Of a stretch of DNA of 64,000 bases, positions 35,730 to 49,184 are shown piece after piece. The stretch lies in the NCBI GenBank assembly GCA_000004985.1, contig GG738907.1; one strand, given 5' to 3'. Source of the DNA: Naegleria gruberi. Its lineage: Eukaryota. The stretch's first letter is position 1, and each line of letters starts with the position of its first letter. The notes under the pieces are model-generated. The model searched no databases, was not told the DNA's origin, and saw only the letters and a program-made list of their open reading frames with translations. A program made the position numbers and the translations under genes.

Positions 35730-36469
35730 GCAATCCGATTGGATTATATTCTATTTGATGAATATCTTGCTGTGATGATAATTCTACCGTGCAACTTTTA
35801 TAAATTTCCTTCATTTCTCCTTAATATAATTGTTTGTAATTTTTTTATAAAATTGTTGTTTTTTCAAAAGTATAATTTCAGTGGTCATTTCATTAATTTA
35901 TTATCAATCAGCTGTAGGTATATGATTGTTCTTCTTGTAAATATTAAGTACATTGAATCTTGCTCTTTGTAATATTAAGGTTTCACATACAAGAACAATC
36001 AAAGGAACTACTATATAGCAATCATTGTTAATTTATCTCGATTTATTGGGCGGAGGATTGATAGCCCAATCACAATAAGCAATGGCCTAGGTAGTTAGAT
36101 TGAAATTGAACGTTACACCTGTGTTTGGCCAATCGAAATAGGCAATGACATCGCTAACATCACCATGGTATCATTCAATACAAACCAACTTATAAAAATT
36201 GTTGTAATTTTCACAGTAGTACGTATTTACAGTACTGTAAAAACACCTTAAAAACACTTTAAAAAAAATGGCATCACACCTTTTGGTCATCACCATATGA
36301 TAACACGCAATTCTTTTGAATATCCTTAAGTGTGGGATCATCAGCACTCGAATAATACCACAAGCTGAAATAATTTCAGAGACTTTTAAGTAGGTGTTAA
36401 ATTTAATTTAAGTATTAATCATCAACAAGAAACTAAGTTAACAATTCTATCAATCGGAAAAGTTGAGAA

Positions 36470-37000
36470 AAGTTCGGAGATGGATTGCATTTGTTATTGG
36501 TGCTGCCATGATGATTGCTGCTGGAACACAGTATGCATTTTCATCGATTAGTCCTAATTAGTCCTTCTTTGAAAAAGTAAGTTGTGTGAGAAAGATCAAA
36601 TATTTAGTAATAATTATTTTAATTATTAATCATTGGAATATTAAAATAGACGATTTGATTTGACTCAAACTGAGGTGAATACTATTGGAACAGCAGCAAA
36701 TTTGGGAACTAATTTCAGTTTTCTCTTTTCTTTGGTGAATGATGTTCTTGGAGCTCGTTCTTGTAGTTTTGTTTCTGGTGCCTTCTTGTTTGGATCTTAT
36801 TTTCTGATGGCATTGACAGTTTCTGGAGCTATTCCAGGAGCAGAGAATTATATTGCACTTTCTGCATTCATGTTTATTATGGGTAACAGTAGTGGTGGAG
36901 CTTAGACAAAGAACCTACTGCCACTCATACCACCTTGTCCGAACATTGGTTTGTGTTGCCAGCACTGTGGCATTCTGATATGGCTAAGGGATATCTACAT
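36470..37000 (+). pseudogene. truncated and disabled fragment of an MFS transporter (nodulin-like/OFA-like N-terminal region)
   Basis: The N-terminal MFS/nodulin-like segment reads RRWIAFVIGAAMMIAAGTQYAFSSISPN followed by a TAG stop. After an intron-like AT-rich gap, ...FDLTQTEVNTIGTAANLGTNFSFLFSLVNDVLGARSCSFVSGAFLFGSYFLMALTVSG..GNSSGGA runs into another stop. Only about 140 of an expected 500 or more residues are present. An in-frame stop precedes a local duplication (attagtcctaattagtcct). It runs into the 3' end of the convergent gene at 37092. Confidence 0.4.
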
Positions 37001-37091
37001 ATTCAGAGGACCTTATCTTGAATAAGATGGTAATCCTTCATTGAACTTATTATTGATAATAATGTAATTTAATTTCTATTTTTTAGTGTAA

Positions 37092-38304
37092 TTAGAGTTG
37101 GAAGATTAAGAGGATAGAGAAAACGAGTACCATGATCCATGAGCTTCCCTTAGCAAGGAATGGTTGAGCATTACTGGTGGCAGTAACATTGAGATTAGTG
37201 AATGTGGCTAAACCATATGCAGTATCCCAAGCCTTGACGGTACACCCACACGTACCGTTCATCTGTCTATTTGCCCAATCAAAGTAGGCAATAGCATCAC
37301 CTACAATGGCGTGAACAGCATTATTCTTGACATCAGTATATTGCAAGTTGACAGCTGCATACTTGACATAGGTGGCAGCTGTCAATTCAGTCTTGATGAA
37401 AGTGGCATAATTAGTTCCATCATATGCTGTTATATTTTAAATGAATGGATTGTTATAATTATTATAATATTTCACATGAAAAGATGATGATTGGAATATT
37501 TCACATGAAAAAATTGATTATAATTTTGCCAATTAATAATTTAAAACAACTTGATATACTTACCACCAACTTTGATACCAGTTTGATTCAATTGGTAGAT
37601 ATCATTAAAGACCTTGTTTGGTTCCAATCCAGTTCTGATCCATCCCTTTGAAGCTCCTCCAAAAGAACATTGAAAGTGAACATCCTTAACTCTATTGTCG
37701 ACATCAGGACGAGTATTAGCAGTGACCATGTCGCCTGTAAAATATTCAAATATTATAAATTTGAATAAATTTACATAAAATTTCAATTAAATGTCAATTT
37801 TGATTTTCAAACTTACATTGATTAGTTGAAACAGCAAGTTTCAAAGTTTCAAAGAAACCCAAAGCAGTAGTGTTGAATCTGATAATATTAGTTTGATAAT
37901 TGCTTCCATAGTGTTCATTGATCTTTCTGACAACAGATTGAGCCAAATAGGTCTTGGTTGATAACCATGGTTCAATAGTACCAGTTTCCCTATTAAATGT
38001 AAAATTTTAACAAGATATTGATTCAAATCAATTGAAATACATACCAACACATGTTTAAAGCAGTTCTTCCAACGAATGGATCCTTTGCAGGCCATTTAAC
38101 AGTACCTGCACATGTTGGAACGTTGAAATACATATTCTTCGAATAGTAGGCAATCCATGCAGTGTCAGTTGTCAAATCTTGAACAGCAGCATCCAAAGCA
38201 TCAGAAACAGCTTGAGTGATGGATGCTTGGCAGTGGACTTGAGTAGCAAACAAGATGGCAGTTGTTGCAATTAAGAGAATGAGGATAGAAGAAGTACTTT
38301 TCAT
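37092..38304 (-). CDS. secreted GPI-anchored protein, hypothetical. Four exons.
   Basis: The exons are 38304..38045, 37989..37817, 37734..37564 and 37426..37092, with consistent phases. Introns are 55, 82 and 137 nt. There is a signal peptide (MKSTSSILILLIATTAILFATQVHC). The C-terminus ...SNAQPFLAKGSS plus the hydrophobic tail WIMVLVFSILLIFQL is a typical GPI attachment signal. Confidence 0.6.
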
Positions 38305-39460
38305 TGTAGTTTTTTTTTTGAGTTGGGGAGAGTAATGAGGACAACAGCAAGTGTCAATAAACAACTTCAGTGCATAATACCATTTAAATGACCGTTTGTT
38401 TAAATGTCAGTTGATGTTTGACGTTCGCGTCTGTATTTCAATCCTTTTCTATATCATTTTCACATTTAGACAATCGGCACACCATATCCATGTCCTTTAA
38501 TCTTTCCATATTGGTCTTATGCCTCAACTGTTTCAGTACACACTAGATAAAACACACCATTTAGTGTCAATACCTTATTGCTTAGAGGAGGAATGCAAGA
38601 ATTCATGAAGGTGAGGAATGACCCAACCCGTGCATTCCTCAATCACTGTACTGGATGATGGAGAGATGAATGGAAATGAAATAGGAAGTCGTAAACAATG
38701 ATGATGATTAGCAAGGCTTTGGATCTGTGTTTTATCTCTCTAAAATATCATTTCGAGTCGATTTATGTTGTCTCTCTTGTATGATAGTTGGTATTGATAA
38801 ATAGAAGTTGGTATTGAAGCTTGGTGTCGATAGGTAAAGAGAGGTAAGTGGATCGTGGTGATATTGGATGATGGAGAGGAGTTGGAGGAATTTAAAATTC
38901 ATGCAGAATATTTGCCGAAAATGTAAATCTATATTAACAATTTAATCATGAATATTAAATATGCAGAGGCGAGATTGTGTGATCATCGAGGAGAAGTGAT
39001 TGTATCGTGATCGAAATAAATAAATAATAAAATTGAATTTTTAATTAAATATTAAAATTATATTGATTATGAAATATCAAATTATGAAACAGATCAAACC
39101 CTTTGAAATTATCTTTTCTGCATTCCTTCCGCTCAGTTCAGATATTGTGATGGTAAGAAGCTTAATTTAATAAAAATTTAAAAAAGTCACCAAAGCGCGT
39201 TAAAAATGTTGGTTCATACAACATGTTTAAAAAGTATATAATATCATGTGAGGGTTAGTGATCAGGGCATCTACGGTTCATATCAAACTTGTGCAGAACT
39301 TGCAAATATTTCCTTCCATTGCCATTACATTTCCGAGATGTCTTCCATCATTTGGAAATTAGGTGAATACGCAATGCTAATTATCCTTTCGTCATCACAT
39401 CATAAATTGAAATTAAATCCACTTGTAATATTGGTAATCAAATAACCAACACCAAAAACA

Positions 39461-42400
39461 ATGCCACCAAAATATGTCATTCAACAGCAAAAATTGAAAC
39501 AACAGGCAGTGTCTAATCAATCACCACAAGCAAATTCTAATGGTTTATTTGTTCAACTGGGTGTGTTACCACAAACCAATCCACAACCACAACCAACTTT
39601 AGTTGATTTACCTCCTCTTGTTGTTCCCACCAACAGTATCATTACTCCGTCCACACCAAATGATCAATCATCTACACCACTGTCAGCTGTTTCAACATCA
39701 TCCATAAGTTTGCAAGCATCATCAACACCAACTAGTTCATCACCTCCTGCAGCCAAACCAGCAACAAAGAACGAAACTAAAAAACCAAAAGAGAAAGACA
39801 AGAAAGAAAAGGACAAGAAGGAAAAAAAAGAAACGAAGGATAAGAAAGAAAAGAAAGAAAAGAAGGAAAAGAAAGAAAAAAAGGAGAAGGAAGAGAAGGA
39901 CAAGAAGAGAAAAAAGGTTCCAGAAAAGTCTTCTGAAAAAAGTAAAAAGAAGAAATCCGATGCTTCTACTCCAACAATCAACACAACATCAATTACCAGT
40001 AGTAGTGCAACTCCAACAGTACCATCTCCACAAAAGGTTGTAAAAGATGTTGAAATGACAGATGTCTTAACAAAGGAAGAAGTGATCAAAGCAGTGTTTG
40101 AAAATATTCCAAAACAAGTTATTGTTAAAATATCATGCTTGGATTCTAATGAGTTCCAAATTGATGAAGATATTGTATTAAGTGAAGAGGGAATTCCAAT
40201 TGTTAACGGTATCAAATTGTTTCAATCAATTGATTGGAACAATTCATTAGAAGATCATGAATCTTTCTTTAATTTCAACTGCTCACTTGTTCTTTCAACT
40301 ATTGCCAGCGAAAGTTCAATAACAGTTCAAGAGTTTATTTATTCTATTGATGAGGCACTCAAATTGAATCAACAGTATTGTAAGGATTTGATGCGTTCTA
40401 TGAATATTTCACACGAAAACTATTCCTTTGTGTACGATTTGCAAACCAACTCAATGAGCTTGATTTTCAAGAGAGAAACAGAAATAGTGGAACTTGCTGA
40501 AATGCTCTACGAAATCAAGACTATTAGAGAACTGAAGGAGGCTGAAGAAATGGAAGCCGAGGAGCAAATTATTACAGAGGGACCAATAGATGAAATTCAA
40601 GTCAATTTTGAGTTTAATTTTGAAAAGGAGGAGAAAAAGTATGTATTGGAGCTTCGTGCACCAAAGGCAAAATCGTACAAAACCATTGTCTCATCCCATC
40701 TCCAAATTGCTGAAAGTGATATTTTGAATTATGGTGAAATAGCTAGCGAAACACTGGTTGAAGCTAATGGTGTATTACCAACAAAACTGAAGGACGTTCT
40801 AGCTAGCAGAGTTGATGTAAAGGTAGTGCATCGTCATGTCTATTATGAGCAGAGAGTAATTTCATATGAAATATTCGAAAGAATGAAGGATATTATTGGA
40901 CAGACTGAGTTTTCATTATATAATCATCTCTGCTTTCTAGTTTGTACGCCTGATCAGAATACCTTATGGCATCAGACAATGGAAAGATTGGAAAGATCCA
41001 ACATTCTGCCACCAAATACCAAACTTTCACATGTCTCAATCAAGTATAGAAAAGATCACGTCCAGATGTTCGAAAAATTCAGAGACAGAATTGCAAATGA
41101 AAAAGAAACTCTCTTCATTATAATTGTAGACGAGTGTCACTATGCAATTACCAAAGAAGGTGCTCACGACAAGATTGTTAATGATGAGCTCGCTCTTCAA
41201 CACAATAACTTTTTCATTCTATTGGTGAGCGCAACCCCTTACAATGTCCTCTCAGTTGATAGTAATATTCCAGAAGTGTACAAACTCTTGAACAAACATG
41301 AAGATTTGGAAGTTGGTACAAAAATTCAAGTCACTTCCACGAATTATAACAAGATAGGATTTGGTGTATTGATCAAATATGAGGAGCAATATTCTACTCC
41401 TGTGTATGAGCTAATTGAATCCAAGGATCAAAATATATTTTTGGAGGATGTAGAAGAAATAACTGGTAAGATTATACCACTCATGAGTGATGAATCTGAA
41501 GAGAAAAACTTTGAAATTGGAGAAGTTGTGGAATATGAAGAAGTTCCTGACACAAATCCTCAACCAACTTCTAAGAAATCAATCTCAACAGTCAGGTACA
41601 TAGTCAAATCCCTAACAAGAAACTTGGAAATGGAAGTAAACCTCTCAGATAGAGATTTACGAAAGATTAATACTTCAAAAACTAGAAGAATTACAAATCA
41701 AGCAATTGGCAATATTCCAAAGGGAAAACTTGTTGAAATACATGATATAATCAAGTGGAGTGTAACTTTCAAACCAGTGAATAATGATCCAGCAGTATCC
41801 AAAGAATACACCCTCAATGATTGGCAATTCAAACACCTTACCAATTACGAGGAGTACAATGTTGTGAGTTGGAGTGAAGTACAAAAGCGTACAACCTTGG
41901 AAAGAACAGAGCAAGATAATCAAACGAAGAAATACTTCAGCAAACAGGATTACATTAATTCTCTCAAGCAAGAAGAACCACTTGTTTTCAAAGATTTAGA
42001 ATTTGAAAGAGTTCTGAAAAAGATCAAGGTTGCATCCAATACTTTAAGACCAATCATGTTAGCTATTGACTATCACTTTTGGATTATTACTGAAGGATTG
42101 AGAAGAAAACTATATGATGAAGTTACTGCTTACAGACATTTTAATTCCATTGATGCTGCTCTTGATATTGAACCAAAGCACAAAATATACGTAGAGATTT
42201 GTAAATTAATTTATCTAGCTTACTTGTGTGCTAAACATTTGAAGATGGATGATGTTTTGGAGAATCAAGAATTTGATGACGAGGACGATGACTATGATAT
42301 CCTTGATGAAACTAAAAAGACCGTAAAGAAAAAGAAGGAAGATTTGGAAAAGAAAATTCAACATTTACTGGAATATTTGAAAAATAAGTTCAAGCCAAAG

Positions 42401-45291
42401 AATCCTGAAAGATTATTTTCAGTTTTAATCGATCAAGAATCCCACACCAAAACTCTCATTAATACCTTGATAGAATCTGGTAAAATTCCAAATGATAACA
42501 GTGTGACGTTGAGAGGGAAAATGAAAATATTGAGAATTACAACTACAGATTTTGCCAACACTGTTTTCAAGCTATTGAGAAGTTCCATTTCCAAAGTAGC
42601 AGCAAGTGGCTACATTTCACCAGATATTCTCATAGACACTGGTGAAAATCCACTCACTCTCGATCAATTATCTTTCATCTCAAGAATGAAACTTGCTGAA
42701 AAAGTTCTGTCCACAGAAGATTATGAAGTTTTCCAAAGAAAACCAAGTAGACTTTCTAAGGAGAAAAAATCTTTGGAATACATTAATTTACACAATTTCC
42801 CTTGCATTCTAATCCTAGTTGCCAAAGGTCGTCAGGGAGATACCTTCCCTAATTCATTTGATTGCTTGGATATGAGAGCCAAAGGTGATTCCTTGCCAAA
42901 TTACTCATCTTTTACACAAGAATTTGGTCGTTTGTGTAGATATGTGGACGATTCTGACAAGAAACCTATTGCACTTGTAACAGATTCAATTTATAAGGAT
43001 TTATCCAAGTGCGGTGAAGGTGGAGCTACAATAGTAGGTAACACGAGCATGAAGCTTGATACCTACATGACCAAGATGAAAGGAAAGGAAGGTCAAAAGT
43101 ATTGGTCCATTGTTACATTCTGTAGAAGAACCATGACTGCAGTTGATGGAAAAAAGCTTAAAGGTGAAAAGAAAAGTCCTCCTTCCTATGATTCAATGAG
43201 ATCAGGTTCTGATAAGGATATCTCCTCAAAGAAAAATCACAAGAATCGTATGTTACTATTCGCCGAACCACAAGTAAGTATATTTATAGTATTTGTGAAT
43301 ATTAATAACAATGAAATCAGATTGGTAAAACAGACGCCTTTATTCACTGTTTGGAAAGAGTAATTCATGACATTGAGAAAAATAGAAGTGAGCGTATGGT
43401 TGATATTAATGAAGAAGAACAACCATACGATGATAATTCTATTGGTGTTGATGCTGTTATTTCTAACTATTCTGAATTGGAACGTGTATTACCTTACTTT
43501 GAAAATTTACAAGGTCAACAAAGGGGTGAATACAGCTCAATTTCTGCTGGAAAGTATGCCAAGCTTGTTTTGAAAACCAGAGAGGAAATATTCACTGAAT
43601 TTACACCTGATAAGATCAGGTCTGTACACAAATTATCAAGAATTGAATCTTTCATGACAAGTTCCAATCATTATTGGAGCAAGTTTATGGAAAAATTGAG
43701 TAGCCACAACTTTGATTTGGAAACATTCCAGACATTTGATGGAAGATACAATGATATTTTACATCCTTCATCTGGATATAGAACGCTGAAGTTTGGAGAA
43801 TCAAGTTCTACATCATCCTCGAAAGAAATTATTGAGAAAGTTGACTTATCCGAAAAGATGAATATTGGTCTTGCAGATATGAATTATAAGGATAAATTAA
43901 TTACCATCCAATTGCAAAAGGTATTTGGATTGAAGATGGCCATGCTAGAGTCTTGCTTTCCAGGAGAAAAGCCATTAATTTCCATTCCATCAAGCAAAAT
44001 GAATTGGTTTGTAATTTCATCAGATCAACAACATGTCACCAGATTCCTACTGCCTGATGATCCTAATGGTGTTAGAAGTTGGATATTTGTCCCTTCTTGG
44101 AATAGAAGTGCCTCAGGTTTATTCTATCTGAAAAGTATGAAGGTTCCATATAGACAAGTAATTGTTGTAAGACATTCCGAATTCAAGTGCTATAGAAATG
44201 TTTTGGGAGGAGATTTTGTGATTATGAGCTTACCAGATATTGTGAATATGAAAGATCTTTTCAAACTATTCCCAATCCCAACAACTGAACAAAGAAAGTT
44301 ACAGTACAATGAAATAGTGGATGGAAAAACTCTTATTGATTATGAAATGAAGGACGATGTTGGAGGAATTGGCTACTCTAGAATGGTCATTCAAATTCTT
44401 TCCTATGCATTTGGTTTGGAATTTATTTGGATGATGGATGATAATTGCCATCACTTTGAGAAGGTTGAAAATGGTAGAAAGGTTCCTTGCTCATTGGCAG
44501 AAGTTTTAATTCCACTCGAGAAAATTGTCTATGATGAAAACAAACCAATTTCAACTATTACTCAGTCAATTCAACCAATATTTAAAAATAGACAAAATCC
44601 ATCTCTGAATATCACTCTTAATGATAGTATAAGCAGTTTTACTCCTGGAAAGGATAAAATTGCCATGATTGGAGTTAGAAAGGATGGATACAGATATTCT
44701 TCATCGATCAACTACAAACCATTTGTAAACAGTTTCACCATTTGTTCTCTCTTCCTTTTGAATACAAAAAGAACAATTGATTCTGGTTGTATATTCCCAT
44801 CAAGAAGATATTTAGAAGACATTGAATTTGAATATTTATGTTTGGAAAGAGGCTTATATTGTGTGAAATCACAAAACTATTTCCTTCATAAACCTGCGAA
44901 TCCGTTGAGAATAGATTATGTTTTACCAGTTCCAACCATGTATGAAATTGAAGAGGAAATTTTTAATACCATTTCAAACTCAATTTCCACCTCTCAAGCC
45001 AACGAACCTTCAAATGAATTCTTAGCAATCAAAGATTTGATCAAGAATTCAAATCCTCAAGCAATCATATTTGATGATTCTAGGAGTTTCATCATGCAAG
45101 CATCTTCAATCTTTTTGACAGCTCCCACTTTTGAAATGTTCACCTTTTTTCAAACAAACGACATTAGAGAAAATCTCAGATCCATCTTGAGCTTCCTTCC
45201 TTTTGCCAAATCGCAAACCTCTGTGTTTTATTATTCCCCAAGTTCTGATGAATCATCAACCAAAGAATTGATACTAAAGTTTGTGAAATAG
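39461..45291 (+). CDS. very large protein of about 1930 aa: a K/E-rich N-terminal repeat region, a central SF2-helicase/ResIII-like core with motifs II to VI but no recognisable Walker A, and a long C-terminal region. Two exons.
   Basis: Exon 1 is 39461..43273, with a GTAAGT donor at 43274. The 47-nt intron ends in TCAG at 43320. Exon 2 is 43321..45291, in frame with the supplied ORF 43351..45291, whose M is a TTG. Motif II is LFIIIVDECHYAI (DECH). Motif III is FILLVSATPYN (SAT). Motifs V and VI are ILILVAKGRQGDTFPN and TQEFGRLCRY (QxxGRxxR). The region upstream of DECH (..HLCFLVCTPDQNTLW..) has no GxGK[ST]. The 39790..39910 stretch is a (GAA/AAG) repeat encoding KEKKEK. Confidence 0.6.
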
Positions 45292-45303
45292 TAATAAAGT
45301 AAT

Positions 45304-48300
45304 TTATTTAAGATAGATATTTGCATAAGCGGAACTACTGGTACTACCTCTGAATGGATTTTTATAACACCGAGTGAAAAGATCAGCACTTCTGGATGGC
45401 CCAAAACCTAGGAAACAATAATCCTGGTTTACCTGATCACAATCAAGTTCTCTCCAGTACAATATAGGATCCTTAAGTGAGTAAGCGAGTCTCTTACAAT
45501 TACCTCCATCTTTCAGTTCACTAAGGTCTGCTGTTGTAAAGCTGGTTTCAATAGATTCCTTGGTCTTGTACATTAAGTAAGAACTTGTTGAAAGTAAAAT
45601 ATTCCACTTGTCATCTGCTAATGATCCTCCTGAATAATCGCCTACAACTCGTTCAATAAATGACGGATCATATAGATTTGATCTCGATGAGACTAAAGTC
45701 CATCCACCATCAGCAATCGATTGTTCACAATACACAACAAAATTGAGTGAGTTTTCATCAGGCCATATCCAATAAAACCCAGAACCTTGATTTGGATATC
45801 TAGCCAAATATTCAGAACAAGATTTCAATCCGTAATCACCTTCAATGAAAGCTCCATCTATATTATCTATCTTGGTTGTAACAATAGTTGATGCAGTGAA
45901 CGGTTGATTTGCAAAGGTTAGCTTGTATGTTGAGAGGGAAATGTTTTGACCAGAATATAGATATCTACTAGAGAAATCATAAGAATAAATATACAATGTT
46001 GTAGAGTTATCAACATATGGATAAGTGATTCCTAAATAGCTATCAGAAACTCTTTGTAAAGTGTCAAACCATTGTAATGGAGTATTCTTGTTAGCCTTAA
46101 TTATCGATGTATTTGGCTTATACTTGAGTCTAAAGCCTCCAATCAAGTAAATTCCATCTGGGTCCATTATAAGATTGGTTTCTGATAATGGATATGGTAG
46201 CAAAGAGTTGGTGCCTCTCCACTTCATGTCAAATATGGAAGCAATATAAATCTCTGAAGTTGGTTGATTACTAGGATAAGCTCTTCCACCAAGAAGGTAA
46301 AGAGAATCGTCCAAAACGTATACTACTCCATTATAAATAGGGAAGGGAATATAGAATTCCTTCTTCATTTCTTCCCACATTAGTAAGTTCGAAACATTAG
46401 CTCTAATAACCTTGTAGGTTGGCACGATTTCATCTCTATCAAGGGTTAACCCACCAAAAATGTACAAGAATTCATCAACCAGAGCAACCATACCTGATGC
46501 CACTGGATAAGGAAGTGTTTGATTGTAGACAGTCAAGCAATCCAAACACCTTTTAGAAATGATTCTATCCGAGAGTGTGTTATTGACAAATCCTCCAAAG
46601 TAGAAAGTTACTCCATCAATTTGAAAATCGTGAGTGCTGTGGAATGAGAATGCATTAAAGTACCCTATTTGTGCCTTTGTAGAAACTGGTTTATCGAGAG
46701 CAGACTTTTTGAAAGATACCAGGTCAAAGCTTTCTGCAGTGTAACTAAAGAATGTTGATTCTGTGACAATGGATCTATGTGTAGCATTTTCATATACTGG
46801 ATATTTTCTTTCCATTGGTGGAGTGTATTTGATATTAAATCTAATTGCACTAATCATGGTTTTGTATGTTCCAGTTGCTATATTACTGAAAGGAGAGATG
46901 GATTGTCTTCCTCCCAACAAGAACCCAATAGTTGCCTTGTAAGAATACATTGAAATAGAACCTTCTTTGAGAATACTCATATCATGAATATTATCAATTG
47001 TTGGAATACTAGCAAAATCTGGCTCCCATTGAGTACTACATTCTTTACCAGTTGCACATTGGCAAATATTATTAGCACCCCAGACAAAGAGCCTTCTATC
47101 ATCTGAAAGGGCAAGAGTGATTTCATTCTTGTGGGCAATCTTAATAATTTTACGATAGCTGCCAATAACTGCTTTTCTTATAGTTACTGGCGTAGTGGAA
47201 GATACACTGTCACCTGTTCCAAGAGCTCCATTACCATTGTAACCAAATGATAATACTCCACCATTGCTCAATAGTAAAATTGTAGAATAGTCCCCACAGT
47301 GGAAATCCACAATGGCTGTGTTTGTTGGATAAAAACTAGTTGGAAAAGTGGTTGGGGTTGTTACGTTAACTGGAACATTGTTATTTACAAAACAAGTTGT
47401 TGTTGGAATGACATATCTATCAACTCCATTATTACCTCTTCTTCCCTAAATTGATTTAAATGTGTGAATAAACATGCGAAAATTGTAACTTACCCAATAA
47501 TAAAAAGTACCACTCTGAGAAACACCAATGGCATGATGCATACCAAAGCAAATCTTTGAAAATTTTAGTGTTGCAGATATTATAGTTGGAGTGGTTTTAT
47601 CTCCCCAAACTCCAACACCAAGGTTGTACTCAGTGTTTCTTCCCCACGATCGTGCATACCCATTATTGTCTATTAACACTGAAGTGTAAGGACCTGCATT
47701 AATATAGGAAACTGCTCCACTATGTGAGAGGACCAATGTTGGAAGAGAAATATCTACCTTACTTCCAATTCCAAGCTGACCATATGAATTAGAACCCTGT
47801 AATAATTAAAGTTGAAATAATGTGAATTATTGAACAACTTACCCAACCATAGATTGCCTTATTTGTCAGAACCAAAGCGTGAGATGCACCACATGCCAAT
47901 TGTCTAATATATTCATCTGACAATAGAGTCAAACTCACAGGATATTCATTCGTTGTAGGATTACTTCTACCCAAAGTGTTTAATCCCCATGAATATAAAA
48001 TACGAGTATTTGGATCCAGATATAATCCAAAATAATCACCAGTACACATTGTTGTTCTTTCTCTGAATGTATCTTGAGCTGGTCTATAGAATGTTGTGTT
48101 GATTGCTTTCAATGTTGGATACGAACTATTCATCATTCGAGTTGTCAGTTCCTGTGTAATTAAGGAACTATTCATCACTGCGTTCATTCCCAAAAGACTT
48201 GTCGAATATCTTTGAAAGGATGTTTTCAAATTAAGTGCTGAAATGTTTTGCATAAAGTGACTATCCCTTGATGATAATGTAATGAACTGAAGTTTCTCTA

Positions 48301-48604
48301 AATTTTTCTGCTCATAGACTAGATAAGCCTTTCCTGGAGCAAGGTTACGAGACATGGCAATGGCTCTTCTCTGTGTAGAGACTAGCTTCTTTTGATAATC
48401 CACTTGTTTTGTATAGTTTCCCCATTGTTCATCCTTTTGAATAATCATTGTCCTCAACTCTTTTCGTTGTATCAATTCATTAATATAAATCTCTGAAGTT
48501 TTTTGTCCTTCTACAACCATGGTTGATAGCTTGTTCATATTGACCATCATGATCACTACAATCAATCCAATCAAGCATACCAATCCCTTAATTGATCCTC
48601 TCAT
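45304..48604 (-). CDS. membrane-anchored RCC1-repeat / Kelch-like beta-propeller / fibrinogen-related-domain-like fusion protein of about 1070 aa. Three exons.
   Basis: Exon 1 is 48604..47843 (ATG at 48604 encodes MRGSIKGLVCLIGLIVVIMMVNM, a signal anchor). Exon 2 is 47796..47494 and exon 3 is 47445..45304. The 46- and 48-nt introns are GTAAGT...AG. RCC1 repeats occur as WGLNTLGRSN, GSNSYGQLGIGS, SWGRNTEYNLGVG, YYWGRRGNNG, FGYNGNGALGTGD and WGANNICQCATG. The central Kelch/galactose-oxidase-like repeats read FYFGG, LYIFGG, LYLLGG and IYLIGG. The C-terminal SCSEYLARYPNQGSGFYWIWPDENSLNFVVYCEQSIADGGWTLVSSR resembles the FReD N-subdomain (C.e....sG.Y.I.p....f.VyCDM...GGGWTviQrR). Confidence 0.65.
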
Positions 48605-49184
48605 AATTTTATCAGCAATGTGATGATTATTATTATACAATAGAGAGGATGAGAGGCAGTTGTGATCCCTTAATTGACGGGTTACAAACAAAGTTTGCGG
48701 GTGAGGACGAGCATGATGTGGTCCCATTTTTTTTTGTGGTTATTTGGTTTTGTTTTACCATTGTTTACAGTTGAATTACTGGGTGATAGCTGCGGCTTTT
48801 TTCGAATGGATCGAAATATAATGTTGTGGGTATTTAATGAATCATTCATGGAGGTTGATAAAGAGCTAATTGTACTTGATGAGAAACTTGAATTTTTCCA
48901 CGATGATGAAAATTCACCAATAAAAACTACTACTATTAAAATCATGTTGAGATGATGTGAAACCACTCCGAAAATCAGCATTGCCACAAAGTACCATTGT
49001 TGAATATTTTTCAAGATTATTTTGTTAGCTAACATCTCATCTTCAAATTGATTCGGTATAGTTGGAAGGAGAAAGGAATTGTGGTGAACCCTGTATTGAA
49101 TAAGAAGAATAAAAATATGTTTCCGCTAAAAATTTTAAAAAATAAAATTCAAAAAAAATCAACATCTAATCATCTCACATCATC

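Noticed and set aside
39664-40215. Antisense ORF of 183 aa (FFSFFS repeats), and the lysine-rich ORF 29634..29822(+)
   Set aside because: These are mirror or shifted-frame readings of the (GAA/AAG)n K/E-rich and acidic stretches in real genes.
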